Assembly: GCF_009914755.1 (NCBI RefSeq)
Contig: NC_060933.1
Source: the human T2T-CHM13v2.0 reference genome, Homo sapiens
Strand: one strand, 5' to 3'
Length of the DNA: 64,000 bases
Below, piece after piece: positions 15,031 through 27,100 of this stretch. Below the pieces are notes generated by a model. That model saw only the letters and a list, made by a program, of their open reading frames with translations, did not search any database and was not told the origin of the DNA. The translations under genes were made by a program, and so were the position numbers. How positions within the stretch are numbered: position 1 is the first letter of the stretch; each line of letters begins with the position of its first letter.

Positions 15031-16750
15031 TTCCATTCCATTCCATTCCATTCCATTCCATTCCATGCCATTCCACTCGGGTTGATTCCATTCTTTTCCA
15101 TTCCATTCGAGTTGAACCCATTCCATTCCATTCCATTCCATTCCATTCCACTCCATTCCGTTCCACTCGGGTTGATTCCATTCCTTTCCATTCCATTCTG
15201 GTTGAAACCATTCCATTCCATTCCATTCCTTTCGATTCCATTCCATTTCACTCGGGTTGATCCCATTCCATTGCATTCCATTCCATTCCATGGCATTCCA
15301 TTCCGTTCCATTCCATTCCATTACATTCGTATTGATTCTATTCAATTCCCTTACTCTCCATTACATTCCATTCCATTCGGGTTGTTTCCATTCCATTCCA
15401 TTCCATTCCACTCCATTCCATTGCAATCGGGTTGATTCCATTCCATTCCATTGCATTCCATTCCATTTCATTCCATTCCATTCCATTCCATTCCGTATGA
15501 TTCCATTCCATTGCATTCCATTCCATTCCATTCCACTGCACTCGGTTGGATTCCATTCTATTCCATTCCATTCCATTCCATTCCATTCCATTCCATTCCA
15601 TTCCATTCCATTCCATTCTATTCGGGTTAATTTCATTCCATTCCCTTCCATTCCATTCCATTCCATTCCATTCCATTCCATTCCAATGAAATCGTGTTGA
15701 TTCCATTCCATTCCATTCCATTCCATTCCATTCCATTCTATTCGTGTTAATTCCATTCCATTCCATTCCATTCCATTCCCTTCCATTCCATTCCATTCCA
15801 TTCCATTCCATTCCATTCCATTCTATTAGGGTTAATTCCATTCCATTCCATTCCATTCCATTCCATTCCATTCCATTCCACTCCATTCCATGCCATTCCA
15901 CTCGGGTTTATTCCATTCCTTTCCATTCCATTCGGGTTGAATCCATTCCATTCCATTCCATTCCATTCCATTCCATGCCATTGCACTCGGGTTGATTCCA
16001 TTCCTTTCCATTCCATTCGAATTGAACCCATTCCATTCCCTTCCATTCCATTCCATTCCATTGCATTCCATTCCATTGCTCACGGGTTCATTCCATTCCA
16101 TTCCATTCCATTCCATTCCATTCCATTCCGTTCCATTCCATTCCATTCCATTCTGTTCAGGTTAATTCCTTTCCATTCCATTGCCTTCCATTCCATTCCA
16201 TTCCATTCCATCCCATTGCAATCTAGTTGATTCCATTGCATTCCATTCCATTGCATTCCATTCCATTGCATTCCATTCCATTCCATTCCCCTGCACTCAG
16301 ATTGATTCCATTCCATCCCATTCCATTCCATTCCGTTCCATTACATTCCATTCCATTCTATTCGCGTTAATTCCATTCCATTCCATTACATTACATTCCA
16401 TTGCAATCGAGTTGATTCCATTCCATTCCGTTCCATTCCATTCCATTCCATTCCATTTCGTTCCATTCCATTCTATTCTGTACCATTCCATTCCATTCCA
16501 TTCCATTCCATTCCATTCCGTGCCATTCCACTCAGGTTGATTCCATTGCTTTCCATTCCATTTGGTTTGAATCCAATCCCTTCCATTCCATTCCATTCCA
16601 TTCCATTCCATTGCACTAGGTTTGATTCCATTCCACTGCATTCCATTCCATTCCATTCCGTTCCATTCCATTCCATTACATTCGGATTGATTGTATTCAA
16701 TTCCCTTACACTCCATTGCATTCCATTCCATTCGGGTTGTTTCCATTCCA

Positions 16751-16770
16751 TTCCATTCCGTGTGCAATGG
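16751..16770. other. Satellite strand-inversion breakpoint
   Basis: ...ttccattccattCCGtgtgcaatggaatgg...: CATTC repeats switch to GGAAT repeats within about 10 bp and no foreign sequence is inserted. ORFs 16537..17025(+) and 16473..17231(-) switch from IPFHS to MEWNG here. Confidence 0.97.
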
Positions 16771-18305
16771 AATGGAATGGAATGGAATGGAATGGGTTCA
16801 ACTAGAATGGAATGGAAAGGAATGGAATCAACCCGAGTGGAATGGCATGGAATGGAATGGAATGGAATGGAATGGAATGGAAAGAAATGGAATGGAAGGG
16901 AATGGATTGAAATGGAATGGAATGGAATGGAATCAACCCGAGTGCAATGTAATGGAATTGAATGGAATGGAATGGAATGGAATGGAATGAATTCAACCCG
17001 AATGGAATGGAAAGGAATGGAATAAACCCGAGTGAAATGGCATGGAATGGCGTGGAATGGAATGGAATGGAATACTACGGAATAGAATGGAATGGAACGA
17101 AATGGAATGGAATGGAATGGAATGGAATGGAATGGAATGGAATGAACACGTGAGCAATGGAATGGAATCGAATGGAATAGAATGGAATGGAATGGATTCA
17201 ACTCGAATGGAATGGAAAGGAATGGAATCAACCCGAGTGGAATGGCATGGAATGGAATGGAATGGAATGGAATGGAATGGAATGGAATGGAACGGAATGG
17301 AATGGAATCAACTCGATTGCAAAGGAATGTAATGGAATGGAATGGAACGGAATTAACGCAAATAGAATGGAATGGAAAGGAATGGAACGGAATGGAATGG
17401 AAAGGAATGGAATGGAATAAATCTGAGTGCAGGGGAATGCAATGGAATGGAATGCAATGGAATGGAATGGAATGGAATGCAATGGAATCACCTCGATTGC
17501 AATGGGATGGAATGGAATGGAATGGAATGGAAGGGAATGGAATGGAATGGAATTAACCTGAACAGAATGGAATGGAATCGAATGGAATGGAATGGAATGC
17601 AATGGAATGGAATCAATCAACCCGAGTGCAATAGAATGCAGAGGAATGGAATGGAATGGAATGGAATGGAATGGAATGGAATGGAATGAAATGGAATGGC
17701 AGGGAATGGAATGGAATCAACCCGAGTGCAAAGGAATGGAATGGAATGGAATGGAATGGAATGGAATGGAATGGATTCAACCCGAATGGAATGGAAAGGA
17801 ATGGAATAAACCTGAGTGGAATCGCATGGAATGGAATGGAATGGAATGGAATGGAATGGTACGGAATAGAATGGAATGGAACGAAATGGAATGGAATGGA
17901 ATGGAATGGAATGGAATCAACCTGAGTGCAATGGAATGGAGTGGAATGGAATGTAATGGAATGGAAACAACCCGAATGGAATGGAATGTAATGGAGTGTA
18001 AGGGAATTGAATACAATCAATCCGAATGTAATGGAATGGAATGGAACGGAAGGGAATGGAATGGAATGCAGTGGAATGGAATCAAACCTAGTGCAATAGA
18101 ATGGAATGGAATGGAATGGAATGGAATGGAATGGAATGGAATGGAATGGATTGGATTCAACTCAAATGGAATGGAAAGCAATGGAATCAACCCGAGTGGA
18201 ATGGCATGGAATGGAATGGAATGGAATGGAATGGAATGGTACAGAATAGAATGGAATGGAATGAAATGGAATGGAATGGAATGGAATGGAACGGAATGGA
18301 ATGGA

Positions 18306-21300
18306 ATCAACACGAGTGCAGTGTAATGGAATCGAATGGAATGGAATGGAATGGAATGGATTCAACACGAATGGAATGGAAAGGAATGGAATAAACCCGC
18401 GTGGAATGGCATGGAATGGAGTGGAATGGAATGGAATGGAATGGAATGGAATCAACCCGAGTGCAAAGTAATGGAATCGAATGGAATGGAATGGAATGGA
18501 AAGGATTCAACACGAATGGAATGGAAAGGAATGGAATAAACCCGAGTGGAATGGCATGAAGTGGAGTGGAATGGAATGGAATGGAATGGAATGGAATGGT
18601 ACGGAATAGAATGGAATGGAACGAAATGGAATGGAATGGAATGGAATGGAATAGAATGGAATGAACCCGTGTGCAATGGAATGGAATCGAATGGAATGGA
18701 ATGGATTGGAATGGATTCAACTCGAATGGAATGGAAAGGAATGGAATCAACCCGAGTGGATTGGCATGGAATGGAATGGAATGGAATGGAATGGAATGGA
18801 ATGGAATGGTACGGAATAGAATGGAAAGGAACGAAATGGAATGGAATGAAATGGAATGGAATGGAATGGAATGGAATGGAATGGAATGGAATGGAATCAA
18901 CCCGAGTGCAGGGGAATGGAATGGAATTGAAGGCAATGGAATGGAATCATCCGGAATTGAATGGAATGGAATGGAATCAACTCGATTGCAATGGAATGGA
19001 ATGGAATGGAATGGAATGGAATGGAATGGAATGGAATGGAATGGAATGGAATTAACCCGAATAGAATGGAATGGAATGGAATGGAAGTAAATGGAATGGA
19101 AGGTAATGAACCCGAGTGCAGGGGAATGGAATGGAATGGAATGCAATGAAATGGAGTCATCCGGAATGGAACGGAAAGGAATGGAATGGAACCAACCCGT
19201 GTGTAATGGAATTGAAAGGAATGGAATGGAATGGAATGGAATGGAATGGAATGGAATGGATTCAACCCGAATGGAATGGAAAGGAAGGGAATCAACCCAA
19301 GTGGAATGGCATGGAATGGAATGGATTGGAATGGAATGGAATGGTACCGAATGGAATGGAATGGAATGGTACCGAATAGAATGGAATGGAACGAAATGGA
19401 ATGGAATGGAATGGAATGGAATGGAATGGAATGGAATGGAAACAACACGAGTGCAATGTAATGGAATCGAATGGAATGGAATGCAATGGATTCAACCCGA
19501 ATGGAATGGAAACGAATGGAATAAAACCGAGTGGAATGGCATGGAATGGAGTCTAATGGAATGGAATGGAATGGAATGGTATGGAATAGAATGGAATGGA
19601 ACGAAATGGAATGGAATGGAATGGAATGAAATGAACCCGTGTGCAATGGAATGGAATGGAATGGAATGGAATGGAATGGATTCAACTCGAATGGAATGGA
19701 AAGGAATGGAATCAACCCGAGGGGAATGGCATGGAATGGAATGGAATGGAATGGAATTAACCCTAATAGAATGGAATGGAATGGAATGGAATGGAATGGA
19801 ATGGAATGGAATGGAAGGAAATGGAATGGAATGGAAGGGAATGGAATGGAATGGAATGGAATGGTACGGAATAGAATGGAATGGAACGAAATGGAATGGA
19901 ATGGAATGGAATGGAACGGGATGGAATGGAATGGAATGGAATGGAATGGGATGGAATGGAATGGAATGGAATCAACCCGAGTGCAGGGGAATGGAATGGA
20001 ATGGAAGGCAATGGAATGACATCATTCGGAATTGAATGGAATGGAATGGAATGGAATGGAATCAACTCGATTGAAATGGAATGGAATGGAATGGAATGGA
20101 ATGGAATGGAATGGAATGGAATGGAAGTGAATGGAATGGAATGTAATGAAACCGAGTGCAGGGGAATGGAATGGAATGGAATGCAATGGAATGGAGTCAT
20201 CCGGAATGGAACGGAATGGAATGGAATGGAATCAACCCGAGTGCAATGGAATGGAATGGAATGGAAAGGAATGGAATGGAATGGACTCAACCCGAATGGA
20301 ATGGAAAGGAATGGAATCAACCCGAGAGGAATGGCATGGAATGGAATGGAATGGAATGGAGTGGAATGGTACAGAATAGAATGTAATAGAACGAAATGGA
20401 ATGGAATGGAATGGAATTGAATGGAATCATTCCGAGTGGAATAGAAGGGAATGTTTTCGAGTGGAATGAAAAGGAATGGAATCAACCAGAGTGGAATGGA
20501 ATGGAATCGAGTGGAATGGAATGCAATCGAATGTAATGGAAAGGAATAGAATGGAATCAACCCGAGTGGAATGGAATGGAAAGGACTGGAATGGAATGGA
20601 ATGGAATGCAATGGAATCAACTCGATTGCAATGAAATGGAATGGAATGGAATGGAATGGAATGGAATGGAATTAACCGGAATAGAATGGAATTGAATGGA
20701 ATGGAAAGGAATGGAATGGAATAGAATGGAATGGAATATAATGGAATGGAATGGATTCAACTCGAATGGAATGGAAAGGAATGGAATCAACCCGAGTGGA
20801 ATGGCATGGAACGGAATGGAATGGAATGGAATGGAAGGAAATGGAATGGAATGGAATGGAATGGAATGGAATGGAATGGAATGGAATCAACCCGAGTGCA
20901 ATGGAATGGAATGGAATGGAAAGGAATGGAATGGAATGGATTCAACCCGAATGGAATGGAAAGGAATGGAATCAACCCGAGAGGAATGGCATGTAATGGA
21001 ATGGAATGGAATGGAGTGGAATGGTACGGAATAGAATGTAATGGAACGAAACGGAATGGAATGGAATGGAATGGAATGGAATGGAATGGAATGGAATCAT
21101 TCCGAGTGGAATAGAAGGGAATGTTTTCGAGTGGAATGAAGAGGAATGGTATCAACCAGAGTGGAATGGAATGGAATTGAATGGAATGGAAAGGAATAGA
21201 ATGGAATCAACCCGAGTGGAATGGAATGGAAAGGACTGGAATGGAATGGAATGGAATGCAATGGAATCAACTCGATTGCAATGAAATGGAATGGAATGGA

Positions 21301-22980
21301 ATGGAATGGAATGGAATGGAATAGAATGGAAAGGAATCACTCCAAGTGCAGGGGAATTTAATGGAATGGAATGCAGTGGAATGGAATCATCCGGAATGGA
21401 ATGGAATGGAATGGAACGGAATGGAATGGAATCAACTCGAATTCAATGGAATGGAAAGGAATGGAATGGAATGGAATGCAATGGAATCGTACGGAATAGA
21501 ATGGAATGGAACGAAATGGAATGTAATGGAATGGAATGGAATGGAATGGAATGTAATGGAACGGAATGGAATGGAATGAACCCGCGTGCAATGGAATGGA
21601 ACGGAATGGAATGGAATGGAATGGAATGGAATGGAATGGAATGGGTTCAACTCGAATGGAATGGAAAGGAATGGAATCAACACGAGTGGAATGGCATGGA
21701 ATGGAATGGAATTGAATGAAATGGAATGGAATGGAATGGAATGAAATGTAATGGAATGGAAAGGAATGGAATCAACACGAGTGGAATGGCATGGAATGGA
21801 ATGGAATTGAATGAAATGGAATGGAATGGAATGGAATGAAATGTAATGGAATGGAATGGAATGGAATCAACCCGAGTGCAATGTAATGGAACCGAATGGA
21901 ATGGAATGGAATGGATTCAACCCGAATGGAATTAAAAGGAATGGAATATACCCGAGTGGAATGGCATGGAATGGAGTGGAATGGAATGGAATGGAATGGA
22001 ATGGAATGGTACGGAATAGAATGGAATGTAACGAAATGGAATGTAAGGGAATGGAATAGAATGGAATGGAATGAACCCGTGTGCAATGGAATATAATGGA
22101 ATGGAATGGAATGGAATGGATTCAACTCTAATGGAATGGAAGGGAATGGAATCAACGCGAGTGGAATGGCATGGAATGGAATGGAATGGAATGGAATGGA
22201 ATGGAAGTAAATGGAATGGAATGGAATGAACCCGAGTGCAGGGGAATGGAATGGAATGGAATGGAATGGAATGGAATGGAATGGAATGGAATGGAATGCA
22301 GTGGAATGGAATCAAACCTAGTGCAATTGAATGGAATGGAATGGAATGGAATGGAATGGAATGGAATGGAATGGATTCAACCCAAATGGAATGGAAAGCA
22401 ATGGAATCAACCCGAGTGGAATGGCATGGAATGGAATGGAATGGAATGTAATGGAATGGAATGGAATGGAATGGAATGGTACGGAATAAAATGGAATGGA
22501 ACGAAATGGAATGGAATGGAACGGAATACAATGGAATCATTCTGAGTGGAATAGAAGGGAATGAATTCGAGTGGAATGGAAAGGAATGGAATCAACCAGA
22601 GTGGAATGGAAGGGAATGGAATGGAATGGAAACTAATAAAATGGAATCAACACGAGTGGAATGGAATGGAAAGGACTTGAATGGAATGGAATGGAATGGA
22701 ATGGAATCAAGTCGATTGCAATGGAATGTAATGGAATGGAGTGGAATGGAATTAACGCGAATAGAATGGAATGGAATGGAATGGAATGGAATGGAATGGA
22801 ATGGAATGGAATCAACCTGAGTGCAGGGGAATGGAATGCAATGGAATGCAATGGAATGGAATGGAATGGAATGGAATCAACGCGAGTGCAGGGGAATGGA
22901 ATGTAATGGAATGCAATGGAATGGAATCTTCCGGAATGGAATGGAATGGAATGGAATGGAATGAAATGCAATAGATTCAA
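18306..22980 (-). repeat. Detached, shorter relative of the HOR (copy 0)
   Basis: Same ordered markers: ATCAACACGAGTGCAGTG 18306, ATAAACCCGCGTGG 18391, GAGTCTAATGG 19549, GACATCATTCGG 20018, TCACTCCAAG 21337, CAAGTCGATTGC ~22707. Several HOR segments are missing. Confidence 0.85.
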
Positions 22981-24199
22981 CTCGATTGCAATGGAATTGA
23001 ATGGAATGGAATGGAATGAAATGCAATGGATTCAACTCGATTGCAATGGAATGGAATAGATTGGAATGGAATGGAATGCAATGGAATGGAATGGAATGGA
23101 ATGGAATTAACCCGAATAGAATGGAATGGAATGGAATGGAACGGAATGGAACGAAATGGAATAGAATGGAATGGAATGGAATGGAATGGTATGGAATGGA
23201 ATGGAATGGTACGGAATAGAATGGAATGGAACGAATTGTAATGGAATGGAATTGAATGGAATGGAATGGAATGGAATGGAATGGAATCAACGCGAGTGCA
23301 GGGGAATGTAATGGAACGGAATGCAATGGAATGGAAACATCCGGAATGGAATGGAATGGAATGGAAAGGAATGGAATCAACCCGAGTGCAATGGAATGGA
23401 GTGGAATGGAATGGAATGGAATGGAACAACCCGAATGGAATGGAATGTAATGGAGAGTAAGGGAGTTGAATAGAATCAATCCGAATGTAATGGAATGGAA
23501 TGCAACAGATTGGAATGGAATGGAATGGGATGGAATGCAATGGAATGGAATCAACCCGAGTACAATGGAATGGAATGGAATGGAATGGAATGGAATGGAA
23601 TGGAATGGAATGGAATGGAATGCCTTCAAACCGAATGGAATGGAAAGGAATGGAATCAACACGAGTGGAATGGAATGGAATGGAATGGAATCTTCCGGAA
23701 TGGAATGGAATGGAATGGAATGGAATGGAATGGAATGAAATGCAATGGATACAACTCGATTGCAATGGAATGGAATAGAATGGAATGGAATGGAATGGAA
23801 TGGAATGGAATGGAATGGAATTAATCCGAATAGAATGGAATGGAATGGAAAGGAACAGAACGGAACGGAATGGAATGGAATGGAATGGAATGGTATGGAA
23901 TGGAATGCAATGGTACGGAATAGAATGGAATGGAACGAATTGCAATGGAATGGAATTGAATGGAATGGAATGGAATGGAATGGAATGGAATGGAATCAAC
24001 GCGAGTGCAGGGGAATGTAATGGAACGGAATGCAATGGAATGGAATCATCCGGAATGGAATGGAATGGAATGGAATGGAATGGAATGGAATCAACCCGAG
24101 TGCAATGGAATGGAGTGGAATGGAATGGAATGGAATGGAACAACCTGAATGGAATGGAATGTAATGGAGAGTAAGGGAGTTGAATAGAATCAATCCGAA

Positions 24200-27100
24200 T
24201 GTAATGGAATGGAATGCAACGGAATGGAATGGAATGGAATGGAATGGAATGCAATGGAATGGAATCAACTCGAGTACAATGGAATGGAATGGAATGGAAT
24301 GGAATGGAATGGAATGAAATGGAATGGAATTGAATGGAATGGAATGCCTTCAAACCGAATGGAATGGAAAGGAATGGAATCACCACGAGTGGAATGGAAT
24401 GGAATGGAAAGGAATGGAATGGAATAGAATGGTACGGAATAGAATGGAATGGAACGAACTGGAATGGAATGGAATGGAATGGAATGGAATAGAATGGAAT
24501 GGAATGGAATCGTTCTGAGTGGAATAGGAGGGAATGTATTCGAGTGGAATGGAAAGGAATGGAATCAACCAGATTGGAATGGAAGGGAATGGAATGGAAT
24601 GGAAACTAATAGAATGGAATCAACCCGAGTGGAATGGAAAGGAAAGGAATGGAATGGAATGGAATGGAATGGAATTGAATGGAATCAACTACATTGTAAT
24701 GGAATGGAATGGAATGGAATGGAATGGAATGGAATTAACCCGAATACAATGGAATGGACTAGAATGGAACGGAATGGAGTGGAATGGAATGGAATCAACC
24801 CGAGTGCAGGGGAATGGAATGGAATGGAATGCAATGGAATGGAATCATCCGTAATGGAATGGAATGGAATGGAATGCAAAGCAATGGAATCAACTCGATT
24901 GCAATGGAATGGAATGGAATGGAAAGGAATAGAACGGAATCAACCCGAGTGTAATGGAATGGAAAGGACTGGAATGGAGTGGAATGGAATGGAATGGAAT
25001 GGAATGGAATCAACTCGATTGGAATGGAATGGAATGGAATGGAAAGGAATGGAATGGAATTTACCCGAATAGAATGGAATGGAATGGAATGGAACGGAAT
25101 GGAATGCAATGGAATGGAATGGAATCAACCCGACTGCAGGGGAATGGAATGGAATGGAATGCAATAGAATGGAATCATCCGGAACGGAATGGAATGGAAT
25201 GGAATGGAATCAACTCGATTGCAATCGAATGGAATGGAATGGAATTAACCCGAATAGAATGGAATGGAATGGAATGGAACGGAACGGAATGGAATGGAAT
25301 GGAATGGAATGAAATGGAACGGAACGGAACGGAATGCAATGGAATGGAATGGAATCAACGCGAGTGCAGGGGAATGGAATGGAATGGAATGCAATGGAAT
25401 GGAATCTTCCTGAATGGAATGGAATGGAATGAAATGCAATGGATTCAACTCGATTGCAATGGAATGGAATGGAATGGAATGGAATGGAACGGAATGGAAC
25501 GGAACGGAATGGAATGGAATGGAATGGAATGGAATGGTATGGAATGGAATGGAATGGTACGGAATAGAATGGAATGGAACGAATTGTAATGGAATGGAAT
25601 TGAATGGAATGGAATGGAATGGAATGAAATGGAATCAACGCGAGTGGAGGGGAATGTAATGGAACGGAATGCAATGGAACGGAATCATCCGGAATGGAAT
25701 GGAATGGAATGGAATAGAATGGAATCAACCCGAGTGCAATGGAATGGAGTGGAATGGAATGGAATGGAATGGAACAACACGAATGGAATGGAATGTAATG
25801 GAGAGTAAGGGAGTTGAATAGAATCAATCCGAATGTAATGGAATGGAATGCAACGGATTGGAATGGAATGGAATGCAATGGAATAGAATCAACCCGAGTA
25901 CAATGGAATGGAATGGAATGGAATGGAATGGAATGGAATGGAATGGAATGCCTTCAAACCGAATGGAATGGAAAGGAATGGAATCAACACGAGTGGAATG
26001 TAATGGAATGGAATGGAAGGGAATGGAATGGAATGGAATGGAATGATACGGAACAGAATGGAATGGAACGAAATGGAATGGAATGGAATGGAATGGAATG
26101 GAATGGAACGGAATGGAATGGAATGGAATGGAATGGAATCTTTCCGAGTAGAATAGGAGGGAATGTATTCGAGTGGAATGGAAAGGAATGGAATCACCCA
26201 GAGTGGAATGGAAGAGAATGGAATGGAATGGAAACTAATAGAATGGAATCAACCCCAGTGGAATGGAATGGAAAGGACTGGAATGGAATGGAATGGAATG
26301 AAATGGAATGAAATGGAATGGAATCAACTCGATTGGAATGGAATGGAATGGAATGGAATGGAATGAAATGGAATGGAATCAACACGATTGCAATGGAATG
26401 GAATGGAATGGAATGGAATGGAATGGAATGGAATTAACCCGAATACAATGGAATGGAATGGAATGGAATGGTACGGAATGGAGTGGAATGGAATGGAAAC
26501 AACCCGAGTGCAGGGGAATGGAATGGAATGGAATGCAATGGAATGGAATCATCCGGAATGGAATGGAATGGAATGGAATGCAAAGCAATGGAATCAACTC
26601 GATTGCAATGGAATGGAATGGAATGGAAAGGAATACATTGGAATCACCCTGAGTGGAATGGAATGGAAAGGACTGGAATGGAGTGGAATGGAATGGAATG
26701 GAATGGAATGGAATCAACTCGATTGGAATGGAATGGAATGGAATGGTACGGAATAGAATGGAATGGAACGAATTGTAATGGAATGGAATTGAATGGAATG
26801 GAATGGAATGGAATGGAATCAACGTGAGTGCAGGGGAATGTAATGGAACGGAATGCAATGGAATGGAATGGAATGGAAAGGAATACATTGGAATCAACCC
26901 GAGTGGAATGGAATGGAAAGGACTGGAATGGAGTGGAATGGAATGGAATGGAATGGAATGGAATCAACTCGATTGGAATGGAATGGAATGGAATGGTACG
27001 GCATAGAATGGAATGGAACGAATTGTAATGGAATGAAATTGAATGGAATGGAATGGAAAGGAATGGAATCAACGCGAGTGCAGGGGAATGTAATGGAACG

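Larger units (their letters stand above)
1..16759 (+). repeat. Satellite III (HSat3) array, C-rich (CATTC)n strand on +
   Basis: Continuous CATTC pentamers interspersed with the classic Sat III decamer A[C/T]TCGGGTTG and relatives (TTGCAATCGAGTTG, CTATTCGGGTTAA, CCCCTGCACTCG). I did not see the HSat2-type TTCGATGAT/CATCATCGA motif. Runs off the left edge. Confidence 0.97.

Noticed and set aside
16700-16820. Transposon terminal inverted repeats or an insertion at the strand switch
   Set aside because: There is no non-satellite sequence, target-site duplication, poly-A tail or transposase/RT coding.
16473-17231. Chimeric ORFs crossing the junction (IPFHS to MEWNG)
   Set aside because: A by-product of the inversion. 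Useful only as a marker of the breakpoint.
16000-17500. Perfect palindrome / fold-back sequencing artefact
   Set aside because: The flanks are not exact mirrors: the right flank best matches ~9.9-10.2 kb and carries substitutions. Read-level confirmation is still needed.
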